A stretch of 64,000 nucleotides of DNA from Macrostomum hystrix. Its lineage: Eukaryota > Animalia > Platyhelminthes. Both the position numbers and the translations under genes were made by a program. Below the pieces are notes generated by a model. The model saw nothing but the letters and a program-made list of their open reading frames with translations. It was not told the origin of the DNA and ran no database searches. The DNA lies in the NCBI GenBank assembly GCA_950097015.1, contig CATNEN010000005.1, positions 2,604,001 through 2,668,000 of the forward strand. Reading direction: 5' to 3'. This document shows positions 22,708 to 37,700 of this stretch, one piece after another (within the stretch, counting starts at the first letter, position 1; the number at the start of each line of letters is the position of its first letter).

Positions 22708-25700
22708 TTAATAAAAGCCCAATTTGACGACACCGTGACGATGTAGATTCTCGGGCTCTGATGAGCTGTGCCGGAGATGGCTCGCATCCTACAGTTTTAA
22801 CAAACATTTAGTCATTATAATATGTAAAATATGTTCAAAGGGCATAGTTTGGTGTACACTTACCCTGTTGTTAAGTGCTAGATTGATTTGGCTGAATTCT
22901 GGCCTGTACAAAGGATCGTGATTCCAGCAATCGCTGATGAGACTCTAAAGGATTTCGAGATCGTTTTAAGATAATTAGAATCTCATAAACTATTCGTAAG
23001 GATTGAAATTTGTGAGATAATATATTTTGTATTGTAATAATTATTCATTAAAACTACAGTTCTCAAAGTTCCCACGTCACAGAAATCCCAGTTCACAAAA
23101 ATCCCAGTTCACAGAAATCCCAGTTCACAGACATCCCAGTTCACAGAAATTCCAGTTCACAGACATCCCAGTTCACAGAAATCCCAGTTCACAGAAATCC
23201 CATTTCACAGAAATCCCAGTTCACAGAAATCCCAGTTCACAGACATCCCAGTTCACAGGAAACCCAGTTCACAGAAATCCCAGTTCACAGACATCCCAGT
23301 GAACTAGTGTTCAGTGTCTAGTGTTATCCCACTGGGATTCACAGAAACCCCAGTTCACAGACATCCCAGTGAACTAGTGTTCAGTGTCTAGTGTTATCCC
23401 ACTGGGATTCACAGAAACCCCAGTTCACAGACATCCCAGTGAACTAGTGTTCAGTGTCTAGTGTTATCCCACTGGGATTCACAGAAACCCCAGTTCACAG
23501 AAATCCCAGTTCACAGAAATCCCAGTTCACAGAAATCCCAGTTCACAGACATCCCAGTGAACTAGTGTTCAGTGTCTAGTGTTATCCCACTGGGATTCAC
23601 AGAAACCCCAGTTCAAGACATCCCAGTGAACTAGTGTTCTGTGTCTAGTGTTATCCCACTGGGATTCACAGAAACCCCAGTTCACAGAAATCCCAGTTCA
23701 CAGAAATCCCAGTTCACAGAAATCCCAGTTCACAGAAATCCCAGTTCACAGAAATCCCAGTTCACAGAAATCCCAGTTCATAGACATCCCAGTGAACTAT
23801 TGTTCAGTGTCTAGTGTTATCCCACTGGGATTCACAGAAACCCCAGTTCACAGACATCCCAGTGAGCTAGTGTTCAGTGTCTAGTGTTATCCCACTGGGA
23901 TTCACAGAAACCCCAGTTCACAGACATCCCAGTGAACTAGTGTTCAGTGTCTAGTGTTATCCCACTGGGATTCACAGAAATCCCAGTTCACAGACATCCC
24001 AGTGAACTAGTGTTCAGTGTCTAGTGTTATCCCACTGGGATTCACAGAAACCCCAGTTCACAGAAATCCCAGTTCACAGACATCCCAGTTCATAGACATC
24101 CCAGTTCACAGAAATCCCAGTTCACGAACATCCCAGTTCATAGACATCCCAGTTCACAGAAATCCCAGTTCACAGACATCCCAGTTCATAGAAATCCCAG
24201 TTCACAGAAATCCCAGTTCACGAACATCCCAGTTCATAGACATCCCAGTTCACAGAAATCCCAGTTCACAGACATCCCAGTTCACAGACATCCCAGTTCA
24301 CAGAAATCCCAGTTCACAGACATCCCAGTTCACAGAAATCCCAGTTCACAGACATCCCAGTTCACAGACATCCCAGTTCAGAGACATCCCAGTTCATAGA
24401 CATCCCAGTTCATAGACATCCCAGTTCATAGACATCCCAGTTCACAGAAATCCCAGTTCACGACATCCCAGTTCACAGAAATCCCAGTTCACAGACATCC
24501 CAGTTCACAGAAATCCCAGTTCACAGAAATACCAGTTCACAGAAATCCCAGTTCACAGATATATATTCACAGGTATCACTAACAACATAATTCGCACAGC
24601 TTAAAGCCATTTATTATTTTTTTTAGGAATAAAAAATAGTTTTATTCCAAAGCAACTCCAGCTAATCCTCACCTTTATTGAGTCTGAGGCGCGCAGGTCG
24701 CAAATCTGGTCCCTCTCGCCCCGGCAGACGTGCTCCATGTAGCGCAGACGGTCGCACTTGCCAAAGGGATAGCGGCCACTGCACACCTCGTACATGATGA
24801 TGCTGAATATTGAAAGGGTTTGATAAGTGGAAGGCTCAGGATTGTCCCAATGTTTGTCCTAGTATTAGGTGAATGGGTGTTAATTTTGCTCACCTAAATG
24901 CAAATATATCGGTGGCCACGGTGAAGGCCGAGTCCGGCACAAAGGTCGTCTTGCCAGTTAGCAGCGTGAGGATCTCCGGCGGTGTGTACCAGACTAGCGA
25001 TTCCGGTACAATCAGATAGCCAGGCCTGAAACGAAAAAGTTATTTATAGCTCAGTCACGTGACTACTTGTGGAGGGCTCGCGTGCACGACTTTCTGCCCA
25101 GCCAAGTTCAGCCGACTTATTTCATTCCCTGCTATCCAATGGGGGTCAAGCTTATGCTTATAGTCGTGAGGTGGGTTTCGGGTTTGTTAGATTGTATAAA
25201 ACGGTGCTGAAAATATTCTCGTTTCAAGCGATTGTTAATTGATAATAATTTATAATAGATAAAGCTAGTCTGAAGATGGATGGGCCGCGTATTATTTTGA
25301 AGGCACAAGGTGTCGTTGTTCAAGGTCAGTATAACTATAATGTTAAACATTTGCTGAGTTCATTTGAAAGCTTGCCAACAAGAAAGTGGTTTGAACTACC
25401 TGCTAACCTCCGCATTGTATAATTATACACTGTAATTGCATTTCTTCTATTAAGGAATGCTTGTTTTACTGATTAGGTTTTTTCTATATGAAACAGTTGA
25501 TTTCGTTTTTAGAAATATTTAGTTTCTCACTGTGTGTGAGCCTATTTAGAAAAAGCAATTTATTACGAGTGTGTTTGTAGTTATGTTTTAGAAAATTCCG
25601 ATATAGTTTTGCAAACTACAAGTATTAGCGGTGTTCCGATCGAAATATGTACAGAAAGAATGCAAACTACATGTACTTGTGAACTTCGGCGGGCAGTTTT

Positions 25701-28700
25701 CAAGTATAGTTTCAATTTACGAGTAGGTATATTTTTTAAGATAAATATTTCCACCTATTTCGTCCTATGTTGCAGATCAGCAATGTTACAATGTTCCAAG
25801 ACCTTGGAACGATCACGTTTGCAGTCCAATTTTTGTTGGCTAAAATCTATTTAGTTTGTCGTCAAACATAATCTAAACATTGCCAGTCTGCATGCGAAAG
25901 CTTTATCAATCTTATGGATTGAGGCTAAACTAGCACACCACAGTGGCTGACGGAAGCCTTATCTTTGACCAACTAAATCGCTGCATATGTAATGCACCCC
26001 ACAACCCTAAGCACCAACCTTTGGATCTTTGTACATTGCTTTTAAAGTCCCGCAAAACTTGACAGGAAAATGGCCACCCTGCTTTTTTCTAGCGACTGTT
26101 TTAACCAGTAACCAGTTACCCCCCACTCATCTTTCGCGGTTTGTCGTCACAGGCTATTGCAGCACCCACAGCCAACAGCAGTACTTCCGCTGCAGCAATA
26201 TGACAGCTAACGGTGCTCCAGCATCTTCAACAGTACCCGCTGCCACAGAATCATCAGCCTCAATGACTGCGCTAGTCAGCACTGAGCAGCATCAGAACGG
26301 CTGCTATAAGCACAATCCTGACACTGTAATCAATTTTGCCAATGGAAACTGTATGTCAGGTAAGCGAGCTTGCTGTCAGAACGGCGATGACAACAGGTCA
26401 ACAGTGATTTCTATGCCATCGGCTTGTCTGCACAGTTTCGACGCATCCGCGGACGAATCTGACGATAGTTTGTCATCGTCCCAGCCGGTGCTGTCAGACT
26501 TCTGCCGAGCCTTCTTATCCCTGCTGTTCATGCTTGGCGGCATGGGACTCACAGCTGTCAGCCTCATCTTCGTCCACGAACGCGTGCCATCCTCGCCGCC
26601 GCTGCCAGACGTCCTGCTGACTCGCGTCACTCATGTGCCTTGGGCTCTGGATGTGTGCGAGTACCTGCTGATAGTGACCATTGCCGCAACCTACAGCACG
26701 GCATTCTTGCACCGCTACCGTTGGATTGTACTGCGCAGAATCTTCTTCATGATTGGCGTCTTGTTCGCCTACCGCTCCGTGACCATCTTCGTCACAGCGC
26801 TGCCCAGCCCCAGTCCCACGTATTACTGCGAGCCCAAGCACAACGGAGGTCTCGGCTTCGACGACATTATCAGCAGGCTGCTGCGTCTAGCCCGCGGTGG
26901 CGGATTCAGCATCAATGGCAACCACGTCTACTGCGGTGACTACATATTCTCAGGCCACACGACCATCCTCACACTCGGCTATTTGGTCATCCAAGAGTAC
27001 ACCTCACCCAGGCTGACTGTGCTACACTGGACTAGCTGGGTGGTGTCAGTGACTGGCGTGGCGTTTCTAGTGTTATCCCACGGCCACTACACCATAGACA
27101 TACTGCTTGGCTACTGGGTGACAACCAGGCTCTGGTGGATGTACCACACGGCAGCGAATTTCTCTGGCCAGAGAAAGCACGGATATTTCCGCAGGGCCTG
27201 CTGGTGGCGGGCCTTTCTGTTCTTCGAGTCTGGCCGGCGCTGTCAAGGCCCGCTGCCGTACGAGTTCGACCTGCCCTGGCCCCGGATCGGTGCCTCAGTG
27301 GCGGCTTCCGTCCTATACCTGGCGCGTTGCTGGCACTCAGCAACGGAGCTGGCTGTGCAGGTGTGTCGCCGAATTAGACAGATATAGTTTTGTTATTCTT
27401 TTTGCCAGCTTTTTTAAGCATTGGCGGCAGATATTCTGTATTTGGTGTCCTTCATTCAAGCAGCAGCAGTAGAGCTGAATCAAGAAGTGCGTTCTTTTCT
27501 AGACAATGATCTAATATATAATTCAGGCCCGTTTTCACTGTTGCACTCTTATTATTCGGATATGTCCCAAAGAGAGATGGAACTCAGTAGTTATGACCGT
27601 ACTAAAATTACTTTTTTGTTGCCTTTTACGCTTTAACTCTAATTTACTTTTATTGGCTGGTGCTAGTATTGTGTATATGTACTTTAACTATATAAAAATG
27701 ATTCACCTTAATTAATTGATAACCAATCGCTTAAACAAGCTATCGACTCATATCACAATCTGATCTCAAAACCCCTAATATCTACAAGCCCCTTGCACTT
27801 GCCAAACTCCTCTCCCTTCAGACCCCTAACTTGCAAAACGCTCAGCATATAAAAAACCCCTAATTCCCTCACCCACGCCCTTAACCCCTTAACCCGCCAA
27901 ACCCCTCACCCCGCCAAACCCCTCACCCTGCTAAACCTCTCACCCCGACAAACCCCTCACCCCGCCAAACCCCTCACCCCGCCAAACCTCTCACCCTGCC
28001 AAACCTCTCACCCCGACAAATCCCTCACCCCGCCAAACCCTTCACCCCGCCAAACCCCTCACCCCGTCAAACCCCTCACCCCGCCAAACCCCTCACCCTG
28101 CTAAACCTCTCACCCCGACAAACCCCTCACCCCGCCAAACCTCTCACCCTGCCAAATCCCTCACCCCGCCAAACCCCTCACCCCGCCAAACCTCTCACCC
28201 TGCCAAACATCTCAACCCGACAAATCCCTCACCCCGCCAAACCCTTCACCCCGCCAAACCCCTCACCCCGTCAAACCCCTCACCCCGCCAAACCCCTCAC
28301 CCTGCTAAACCTCTCACCCCGACAAACCCCTCACCCCGCCAAACCTCTCACCCTGCCAAACCTCTCACCCCGACAAACCCCTCACCCTGCTAAACCTCTC
28401 ACCCCGACAAATCCGTCACCCCGCCAAACCCCTCACCCCGCCAAACCTCTCACCCTGCCAAACCTCTCACCCCGACAAATCCCTCACCCCGCCAAACCCT
28501 TCACCCCGCCAAACCCCTCACCCCGTCAAACCCCTCACCCCGCCAAACCCCTCACCCTGCTAAACCTCTCACCCCGACAAACCCCTCACCCCGCCAAACC
28601 TCTCACCCTGCCAAATCCCTCACCCCGCCAAACCCCTCACCCCGCCAAACCTCTCACCCTGCCAAACATCTCAACCCGACAAATCCCTCACCCCGCCAAA

Positions 28701-31700
28701 CCCTTCACCCCGCCAAACCCCTCACCCCGTCAAACCCCTCACCCCGCCAAACCCCTCACCCCGCCAAACCCCTCACCCTGCTAAACCTCTCACCCCGACA
28801 AACCCCTCACCCCGCCAAACCTCTCACCCTGCCAAACCTCTCACCCCGACAAACCCCTCACCCTGCTAAACCTCTCACCCCGACAAATCCCTCACCCCGC
28901 CAAACCCCTCACCCCGCCAAACCTCTCACCCTGCCAAACCTCTCACCCCGACAAATCCCTCACCCAGCCAAACCCCTTAACTAGCCAAGGTCCTCGCACC
29001 TCCAAAAACCTCCATTAAGTCTGGCCACTCACTCCTCTAAAACAATAGAGTCTATAATATATTTTTAAATCTACTAAAAACGCCCTTAAAATCATACAAA
29101 TCTCGATAGAGGTTTTACAAGGCGGTCGATTTACTCAACTAACCCGCTGAGAAGTGAATTTCCTTAGTTTTTCTATTTCAAAGCCTAATTAAAACTAAGT
29201 CTTTCATTAAATGAGAACTCGTTTAGAGCTACCATGCCCATGTGTTACAATCGGTAAAAAAATTCACACATCCACTGCGTTACCTGCCTCTTGCGTTGAA
29301 AGATGCCTTCGTTGCCTATAATAGCTTTTACCGCCTTGTGAGCCTAAAAACGCTAGTGGTTAGTAAATTCGATATAATTCCAATGTGAACCAAAGTTAAC
29401 TCGCATAAAAAGGGCCACAGCTGAAAATGTCACTTCTTTTGTTGTGTCTCTATTATTACTACTTATTGTTTTAAGCGTGTTTTCCATTTCGTGCTAAAGT
29501 ACTTGTTAGTAACAAGCCCACACAAGCTCATTGCTCATTTGCTTCTCCACTTTGTCAGTCACTCTACCCAATAACTAAAGCAGAACTATTTGTACTTGCT
29601 AATTTTTCATTTTTAATACACAGCACACTTGTTAAGACTGATCGTTGCTTCTATATAAATATTTAACAGTTGATTTCGTTGATTTAATCTACCTACTGAG
29701 CAAAGTTAATCAGTAGGCTGATAAGCATTTTGCTATTGAGATAAAAACCAGTAGAAAAGTGAAAAAATAAGCACTACTTCACCAAGATACTGGTGGGTCG
29801 AAATTTTCAAGGTTTGCCTAGTTTAATAGTGTTGGCTTGAACTTATTTTCAACTCTGCCTCGAAAAAAAGCAAAAAAAAATACGAAATTATCAGGGGCTT
29901 AGCGTGCCTCGATAATAAATACTTCACTTCGAATCATGATCGAGCTACCTATAAATAGCTATTTGAGAACGCCGCTGTATGGTCTTGTTTAATATCTATC
30001 CTATTATTTAGAAATTCGTTGGTGTCCTTAGGGTGTCTGAATAGGAGAGATGTGGCCTTTATTTCCACGGTTTTTCCATGGCAGTCTTTGTATGCCCATA
30101 GAATTTCCACCTGCATGATATTTCCAGCCAATGAGATCCCGTGAAAGTCTCCAGCCAATGGTAGTGCAGGATGGGGTCCAAACTGTCTATAAATACGAGA
30201 AACCCGAGAGCGAAGACCGTCTGCGTCTCCGCCACCGCGCGTCGGACAAGGCTCGGCGCACAGTACACGAGTTTGAGCTTGGAGGAACGAGGACGAGATC
30301 GACAAGTTACTCCTGAAGAAGAGTTTCTTATGAGACATCGAGAACACCTGGTTACGCTTGGATCAGCGTTTCCTTTGGCAGCCAGATCGACCAGGTTATG
30401 TTTCGATAAACGTTTCCTGCATCTAGGGACTTAAAGGACCGATCTTGGATAAGAGCATCCTTAAAAGTTAGGCTGCGAGAACTCTCTTGGATAAGAGCAA
30501 CCCTACCGTTTATTTAAGGAAGCTTATTTCAGGTGTTTTTTTCAGGAGCTTGTGTTCAGATTGGAGACGTCAACTGGAGACACAACTTAATTTTTAGCCA
30601 TCATTTAGGCCATTTTTTGGGATTCCCTATTAGTGAGATTTCTTCGGGATCTCCATTAATGTGTTTTTGGGATTCCTGATTTAAGAGATTTTTGGTATTT
30701 CCCTTTCATGGGATTTCCTAAGGATTCCCCTTTGATGGGATTTCCTAAGGATTCCCCTTTCATTTGATTTTCGAAGGACTCCCCTTTCATGGGATTTCCT
30801 TAGGACTCCCCTTACATGGGATTTCCTAAGGATTCCCCTTTCATTTGATTTTCGAAGGACTCCCCTTTCATGGGATTTCCTAAGAAGTCCACTTTGCATA
30901 ATTTCCATGATACTAATTTTTGGAATCTCGTCAGAATTCTCCTGTCGTGTTTAGTTGAGATTAAAAAATCTTGGTAGGATTTTTCCCGTAGAATTTCTGA
31001 GGAGTCATACTTGAAATTAGTATTGACCTTAACTGACTGACCTTAACTTTGAAAGTAGTATTTATTGATCAGCTAAGAAAGCTAGGCATAAATTTTCACA
31101 CCCAAAAAGTTGATAAACCGTTCTCTAGGCATGGTCAAATCAGGATTTTATAGCACCCTAACTACCACAGTGTTGAAAAAATCGAATCCACTTTTTCATT
31201 CTCTTAAAAAACTCTTCAGGATTTGTTAAGCCGCTTAAAATCGATTTTTATTTAGACAGTCATATATTATTGGATAGAGAATTTTTAAGCACCAAAGGTC
31301 ACAGGCAACTACCTAACGGTGCAAAGCCAACCCACGATAGTTGACTTGCCTGTCAAAAAAAACAAATTCTATTATTTTTTTAGTCCCTGCTTGGATACTA
31401 TTCTTCTGTACTATTACTGCACTGAACAAATCCCGCACTCCATATTTAGTGAAGAGTTGAAGAGTGAAGACAATGAATTTGTTTGCTTTTAACTTCTATT
31501 GAACTTCTTGGTTGGCTGTGGAACAATGGACGATCTTCATTGTACTGGTGATTGAGAAAGCAGGGATTGCATAATCTATTCTCATTGATTGAGAGAGCAT
31601 GGATTGCTAATCTATTCTCATTAATTGAGTGAGCATGGATTGCTAATCTATTCTCATTGATTGAGAGAGCATGGATTGCTAATCTATTCTCATTGATTGA

Positions 31701-34700
31701 GAGAGCATGGATTGCTAATCTATTCTCATTGATTGAGAGAGCATGGATTGCTAATATATTCTCATTGATTGAGAAAGCATGGATTGCTAATCTATTCTCA
31801 TTGATTGAGTGAGCATGGATTGCTAATCTATTCTCATTGATTGAGAGAGCATGGATTGCTAATCTATTCTCATTGATTGAGAGAGCATGGATTGCTAATC
31901 TATTCTCATTAATTGAGTGAGCATGGATTGCTAATCTATTCTCATTGATTGAGAAAGCATGGATTGCTAATCTATTCTCATTGATTGAGAGAGCATGGAT
32001 TGCTAATCTATTCTCATTGATTGAGAAAGCATGGATTGCTAATCTATTCTCATTGATTGAGAGAGCATGGATTGTTAATCTATTCTCATTGATTGAGAAA
32101 GCATGGATTGCTAATCTATTCTCATTGATTGAGAAAGCATGGATTGCTAATCTATTCTCATTGATTGAGAGAGCATGGATTGCTAATCTATTCTCATTAA
32201 TTGAGTGAGCATGGATTGCTAATCTATTATCATTGATTGAGAGAGCATGGATTGCTAATCTATTCTCATTAATTGAGTGAGCATGGATTGCTAATCTATT
32301 CTCATTGATTGAGAGAGCATGGATTGCTAATCTATTCTCATTAATTGAGTGAGCATGGATTGCTAATCTATTCTCATTAATTGAGTGAGCATGGATTGCT
32401 AATCTATTCTCATTGATTGAGAAAGCATGGATTGCTAATCTATTCTCATTGATTGAGAAAGCATGGATTGCTAATCTATTCTCATTGATTGAGTGAGCAT
32501 GGATTGCTAATCTATTCTCATTAATTGAGTGAGCATGGATTGCTAATCTATTCTCATTGATTGAGAAAGCATGGATTGCTAATCTATTCTCATTGATTGA
32601 GAGAGCATGGATTGCTAATCTATTCTCATTGATTGAGAAAGCATGGATTGCTAATCTATTCTCATTGATTGAGAGAGCATGGATTGTTAATCTATTCTCA
32701 TTGATTGAGAAAGCATGGATTGCTAATCTATTCTCATTGATTGAGAAAGCATGGATTGCTAATCTATTCTCATTGATTGAGAGAGCATGGATTGTTAATC
32801 TATTCTCATTGATTGAGAGAGCATGGATTGCTAATATATTCTCATTGATTGAGAAAGCATGGATTGCTAATCTATTCTCATTGATTGAGTGAGCATGGAT
32901 TGCTAATCTATTCTCATTGATTGAGAGAGCATGGATTGCTAATCTATTCTCATTGATTGAGAGAGCATGGATTGCTAATCTATTCTCATTAATTGAGTGA
33001 GCATGGATTGCTAATCTATTCTCATTGATTGAGAAAGCATTGATTGCTAATCTATTCTCATTGATTGAGAGAGCATGGATTGCTAATCTATTCTCATTGA
33101 TTGAGAGAGCATGGATTGTTAATCTATTCTCATTGATTGAGAGAGCATGGATTGCTAATATATTCTCATTGATTGAGAAAGCATGGATTGCTAATCTATT
33201 CTCATTGATTGAGTGAGCATGGATTGCTAATCTATTCTCATTGATTGAGAGAGCATGGATTGCTAATCTATTCTCATTGATTGAGAGAGCATGGATTGCT
33301 AATCTATTCTCATTAATTGAGTGAGCATGGATTGCTAATCTATTCTCATTGATTGAGAAAGCATGGATTGCTAATCTATTCTCATTGATTGAGAGAGCAT
33401 GGATTGCTAATCTATTCTCATTGATTGAGAAAGCATGGATTGCTAATCTATTCTCATTGATTGAGAGAGCATGGATTGTTAATCTATTCTCATTGATTGA
33501 GAAAGCATGGATTGCTAATCTATTCTCATTGATTGAGAAAGCATGGATTGCTAATCTATTCTCATTGATTGAGAGAGCATGGATTGCTAATCTATTCTCA
33601 TTAATTGAGTGAGCATGGATTGCTAATCTATTATCATTGATTGAGAGAGCATGGATTGCTAATCTATTCTCATTAATTGAGTGAGCATGGATTGCTAATC
33701 TATTCTCATTGATTGAGAGAGCATGGATTGTTAATCTATTCTCATTGATTGAGAAAGCATGGATTGCTAATCTATTCTCATTGATTGAGTGAGCATGGAT
33801 TGCTAATCTATTCTCTTTAATTGAGTGAGCATGGATTGCCAATCTATTCTCATTGATTGAGAAAGCATGGATTGCTAATCTATTCTCATTGATTGAGAGA
33901 GCATGGATTGCTAATCTATTCTCATTGATTGAGAAAGCATGGATTGCTAATCTATTCTCATTGATTGAGTGAGCATGGATTGCTAATCTATTCTCATTGA
34001 TTGAGAGAGCATGGATTGCTAATCTATTCTCATTGATTGAGAGAGCATGGATTGCTAATCTATTCTCATTGATTGAGAAAGCATGGATTGCTAATCTATT
34101 CTCATTGATTGAGAAAGCATGGATTGCTAATCTATTCTCATTGATTGAGAAAGCATGGATTGCTAATCTATTCTCATTGATTGAGAGAGCATGGATTGCT
34201 AATCTATTCTCATTGATTGAGAAAGCATGGATTGCTAATCTATTCTCATTGATTGAGAGAGCATGGATTGCTAATCTATTCTCATTAATTGAGTGAGCAT
34301 GGATTGCTAATCTATTCTCATTAATTGAGTGAGCATGGATTGCTAATCTATTCTCATTGATTGAGAGAGCATGGATTGCTAATCTATTCTCATTGATTGA
34401 GAAAGCATGGATTGCTAATCTATTCTCATTGATTGAGTGAGCATGGATTGCTAATCTATTCTCATTGATTGAGTGAGCATGGATTGCTAATCTATTCTCA
34501 TTGATTGAGAGAGCATGGATTGCTAATCTATTCTCATTGATTGAGAGAGCATGGATTGCTAATCTATTCTCATTGATTGAGAAAGCATGGATTGCTAATC
34601 TATTCTCATTAATTGAGTGAGCATGGATTGCTAATCTATTCTCATTAATTGAGTGAGCATGGATTGCTAATCTATTCTCATTAATTGAGTGAGCATGGAT

Positions 34701-37700
34701 TGCTAATCTATTCTCATTGATTGAGTGAGCATGGATTGCTAATCTATTCTCATTGATTGAGAAAGCATGGATTGCTAATCTATTCTCATTAATTGAGAAA
34801 GCATGGATTGCTAATCTATTCTCATTGATTGAGAAAGCATGGATTGCTAATCTATTCTCATTGATTGAGAAAGCATGGATTGCTAATCTATTCTCATTGA
34901 TTGAGAAAGCATGGATTGCTAATCTATTCTCATTGATTGAGAAAGCATGGATTGCTAATCTATTCTCATTGATTGAGAGAGCATGGATTGCTAATCTATT
35001 CTCATTAATTGAGTGAGCATGGATTGCTAATCTATTCTCATTGATTGAGAGAGCATGGATTGCTAATCTATTCTCATTAATTGAGTGAGCATGGATTGCT
35101 AATCTATTCTCATTGATTGAGAGAGCATGGATTGCTAATCTATTCTCATTAATTGAGTGAGCATGGATTGCTAATCTATTCTCATTAATTGAGTGAGCAT
35201 GGATTGCTAATCTATTCTCATTGATTGAGAAAGCATGGATTGCTAATCTATTCTCATTGATTGAGAGAGCATGGATTGCTAATCTATTCTCATTAATTGA
35301 GTGAGCATGGATTGCTAATCTATTCTCATTGATTGAGAAAGCATGGATTGCTAATCTATTCTCATTGATTGAGAAAGCATGGATTGCTAATCTATTCTCA
35401 TTGATTGAGAGAGCATGGATTGCTAATCTATTCTCATTGATTGAGAAAGCATGGATTGCTAATCTATTCTCATTGATTGAGAAAGCATGGATTGCTAATC
35501 TATTCTCATTGATTGAGAGAGCATGGATTGCTAATCTATTCTCATTAATTGAGTGAGCATGGATTGCTAATCTATTATCATTGATTGAGAGAGCATGGAT
35601 TGCTAATCTATTCTCATTAATTGAGTGAGCATGGATTGCTAATCTATTCTCATTGATTGAGAGAGCATGGATTGCTAATCTATTCTCATTAATTGAGTGA
35701 GCATGGATTGCTAATCTATTCTCATTAATTGAGTGAGCATGGATTGCTAATCTATTCTCATTGATTGAGAAAGCATGGATTGCTAATCTATTCTCATTGA
35801 TTGAGAGAGCATGGATTGCTAATCTATTCTCATTGATTGAGAAAGCATGGATTGCTAATCTATTCTCATTGATTGAGAGAGCATGGATTGTTAATCTATT
35901 CTCATTGATTGAGAAAGCATGGATTGCTAATCTATTCTCATTGATTGAGAAAGCATGGATTGCTAATCTATTCTCATTGATTGAGAGAGCATGGATTGCT
36001 AATCTATTCTCATTAATTGAGTGAGCATGGATTGCTAATCTATTATCATTGATTGAGAGAGCATGGATTGCTAATCTATTCTCATTAATTGAGAAAGCAT
36101 GGATTGCTAATCTATTCTCATTGATTGAGAAAGCATGGATTGCTAATCTATTCTCATTGATTGAGTGAGCATGGATTGCTAATCTATTCTCATTGATTGA
36201 GAGAGCATGGATTGCTAATCTATTCTCATTGATTGAGAGAGCATGGATTGCTAATCTATTCTCATTAATTGAGTGAGCATGGATTGCTAATCTATTCTCA
36301 TTAATTGAGTGAGCATGGATTGCTAATCTATTCTCATTAATTGAGTGAGCATGGATTGCTAATCTATTCTCATTGATTGAGTGAGCATGGATTGCTAATC
36401 TATTCTCATTGATTGAGAAAGCATGGATTGCTAATCTATTCTCATTAATTGAGAAAGCATGGATTGCTAATCTATTCTCATTGATTGAGAAAGCATGGAT
36501 TGCTAATCTATTCTCATTGATTGAGAAAGCATGGATTGCTAATCTATTCTCATTGATTGAGAAAGCATGGATTGCTAATCTATTCTCATTGATTGAGAAA
36601 GCATGGATTGCTAATCTATTCTCATTGATTGAGAGAGCATGGATTGCTAATCTATTCTCATTAATTGAGTGAGCATGGATTGCTAATCTATTATCATTGA
36701 TTGAGAGAGCATGGATTGCTAATCTATTCTCATTAATTGAGTGAGCATGGATTGCTAATCTATTCTCATTGATTGAGAGAGCATGGATTGCTAATCTATT
36801 CTCATTAATTGAGTGAGCATGGATTGCTAATCTATTCTCATTAATTGAGTGAGCATGGATTGCTAATCTATTCTCATTGATTGAGAAAGCATGGATTGCT
36901 AATCTATTCTCATTGATTGAGAAAGCATGGATTGCTAATCTATTCTCATTGATTGAGAGAGCATGGATTGCTAATCTATTCTCATTGATTGAGAAAGCAT
37001 GGATTGCTAATCTATTCTCATTGATTGAGTGAGCATGGATTGCTAATCTATTCTCATTAATTGAGTGAGCATGGATTGCTAATCTATTCTCATTGATTGA
37101 GAAAGCATGGATTGCTAATCTATTCTCATTGATTGAGTGAGCATGGATTGCTAATCTATTCTCATTGATTGAGAGAGCATGGATTGCTAATCTATTCTCA
37201 TTGATTGAGAGAGCATGGATTGCTAATCTATTCTCATTGATTGAGAAAGCATGGATTGCTAATCTATTCTCATTGATTGAGTGAGCATGGATTGCTAATC
37301 TATTCTCATTGATTGAGAGAGCATGGATTGCTAATCTATTCTCATTGATTGAGTGAGCATGGATTGCTAATCTATTCTCATTGATTGAGAGAGCATGGAT
37401 TGCTAATCTATTCTCATTGATTGAGAAAGCATGGATTGCTAATCTATTCTCATTGATTGAGAAAGCAGGGATTGCATAATCTATTCTCATTGATTGAGAG
37501 AGCATGGATTGCTAATCTATTCTCATTGATTGAGAGAGCATGGATTGCTAATCTATTCTCATTGATTGAGAAAGCATGGATTGCTAATCTATTCTCATTA
37601 ATTGAGTGAGCATGGATTGCTAATCTATTCTCATTGATTGAGTGAGCATGGATTGCTAATCTATTCTCATTAATTGAGAAAGCATGGATTGCTAATCTAT

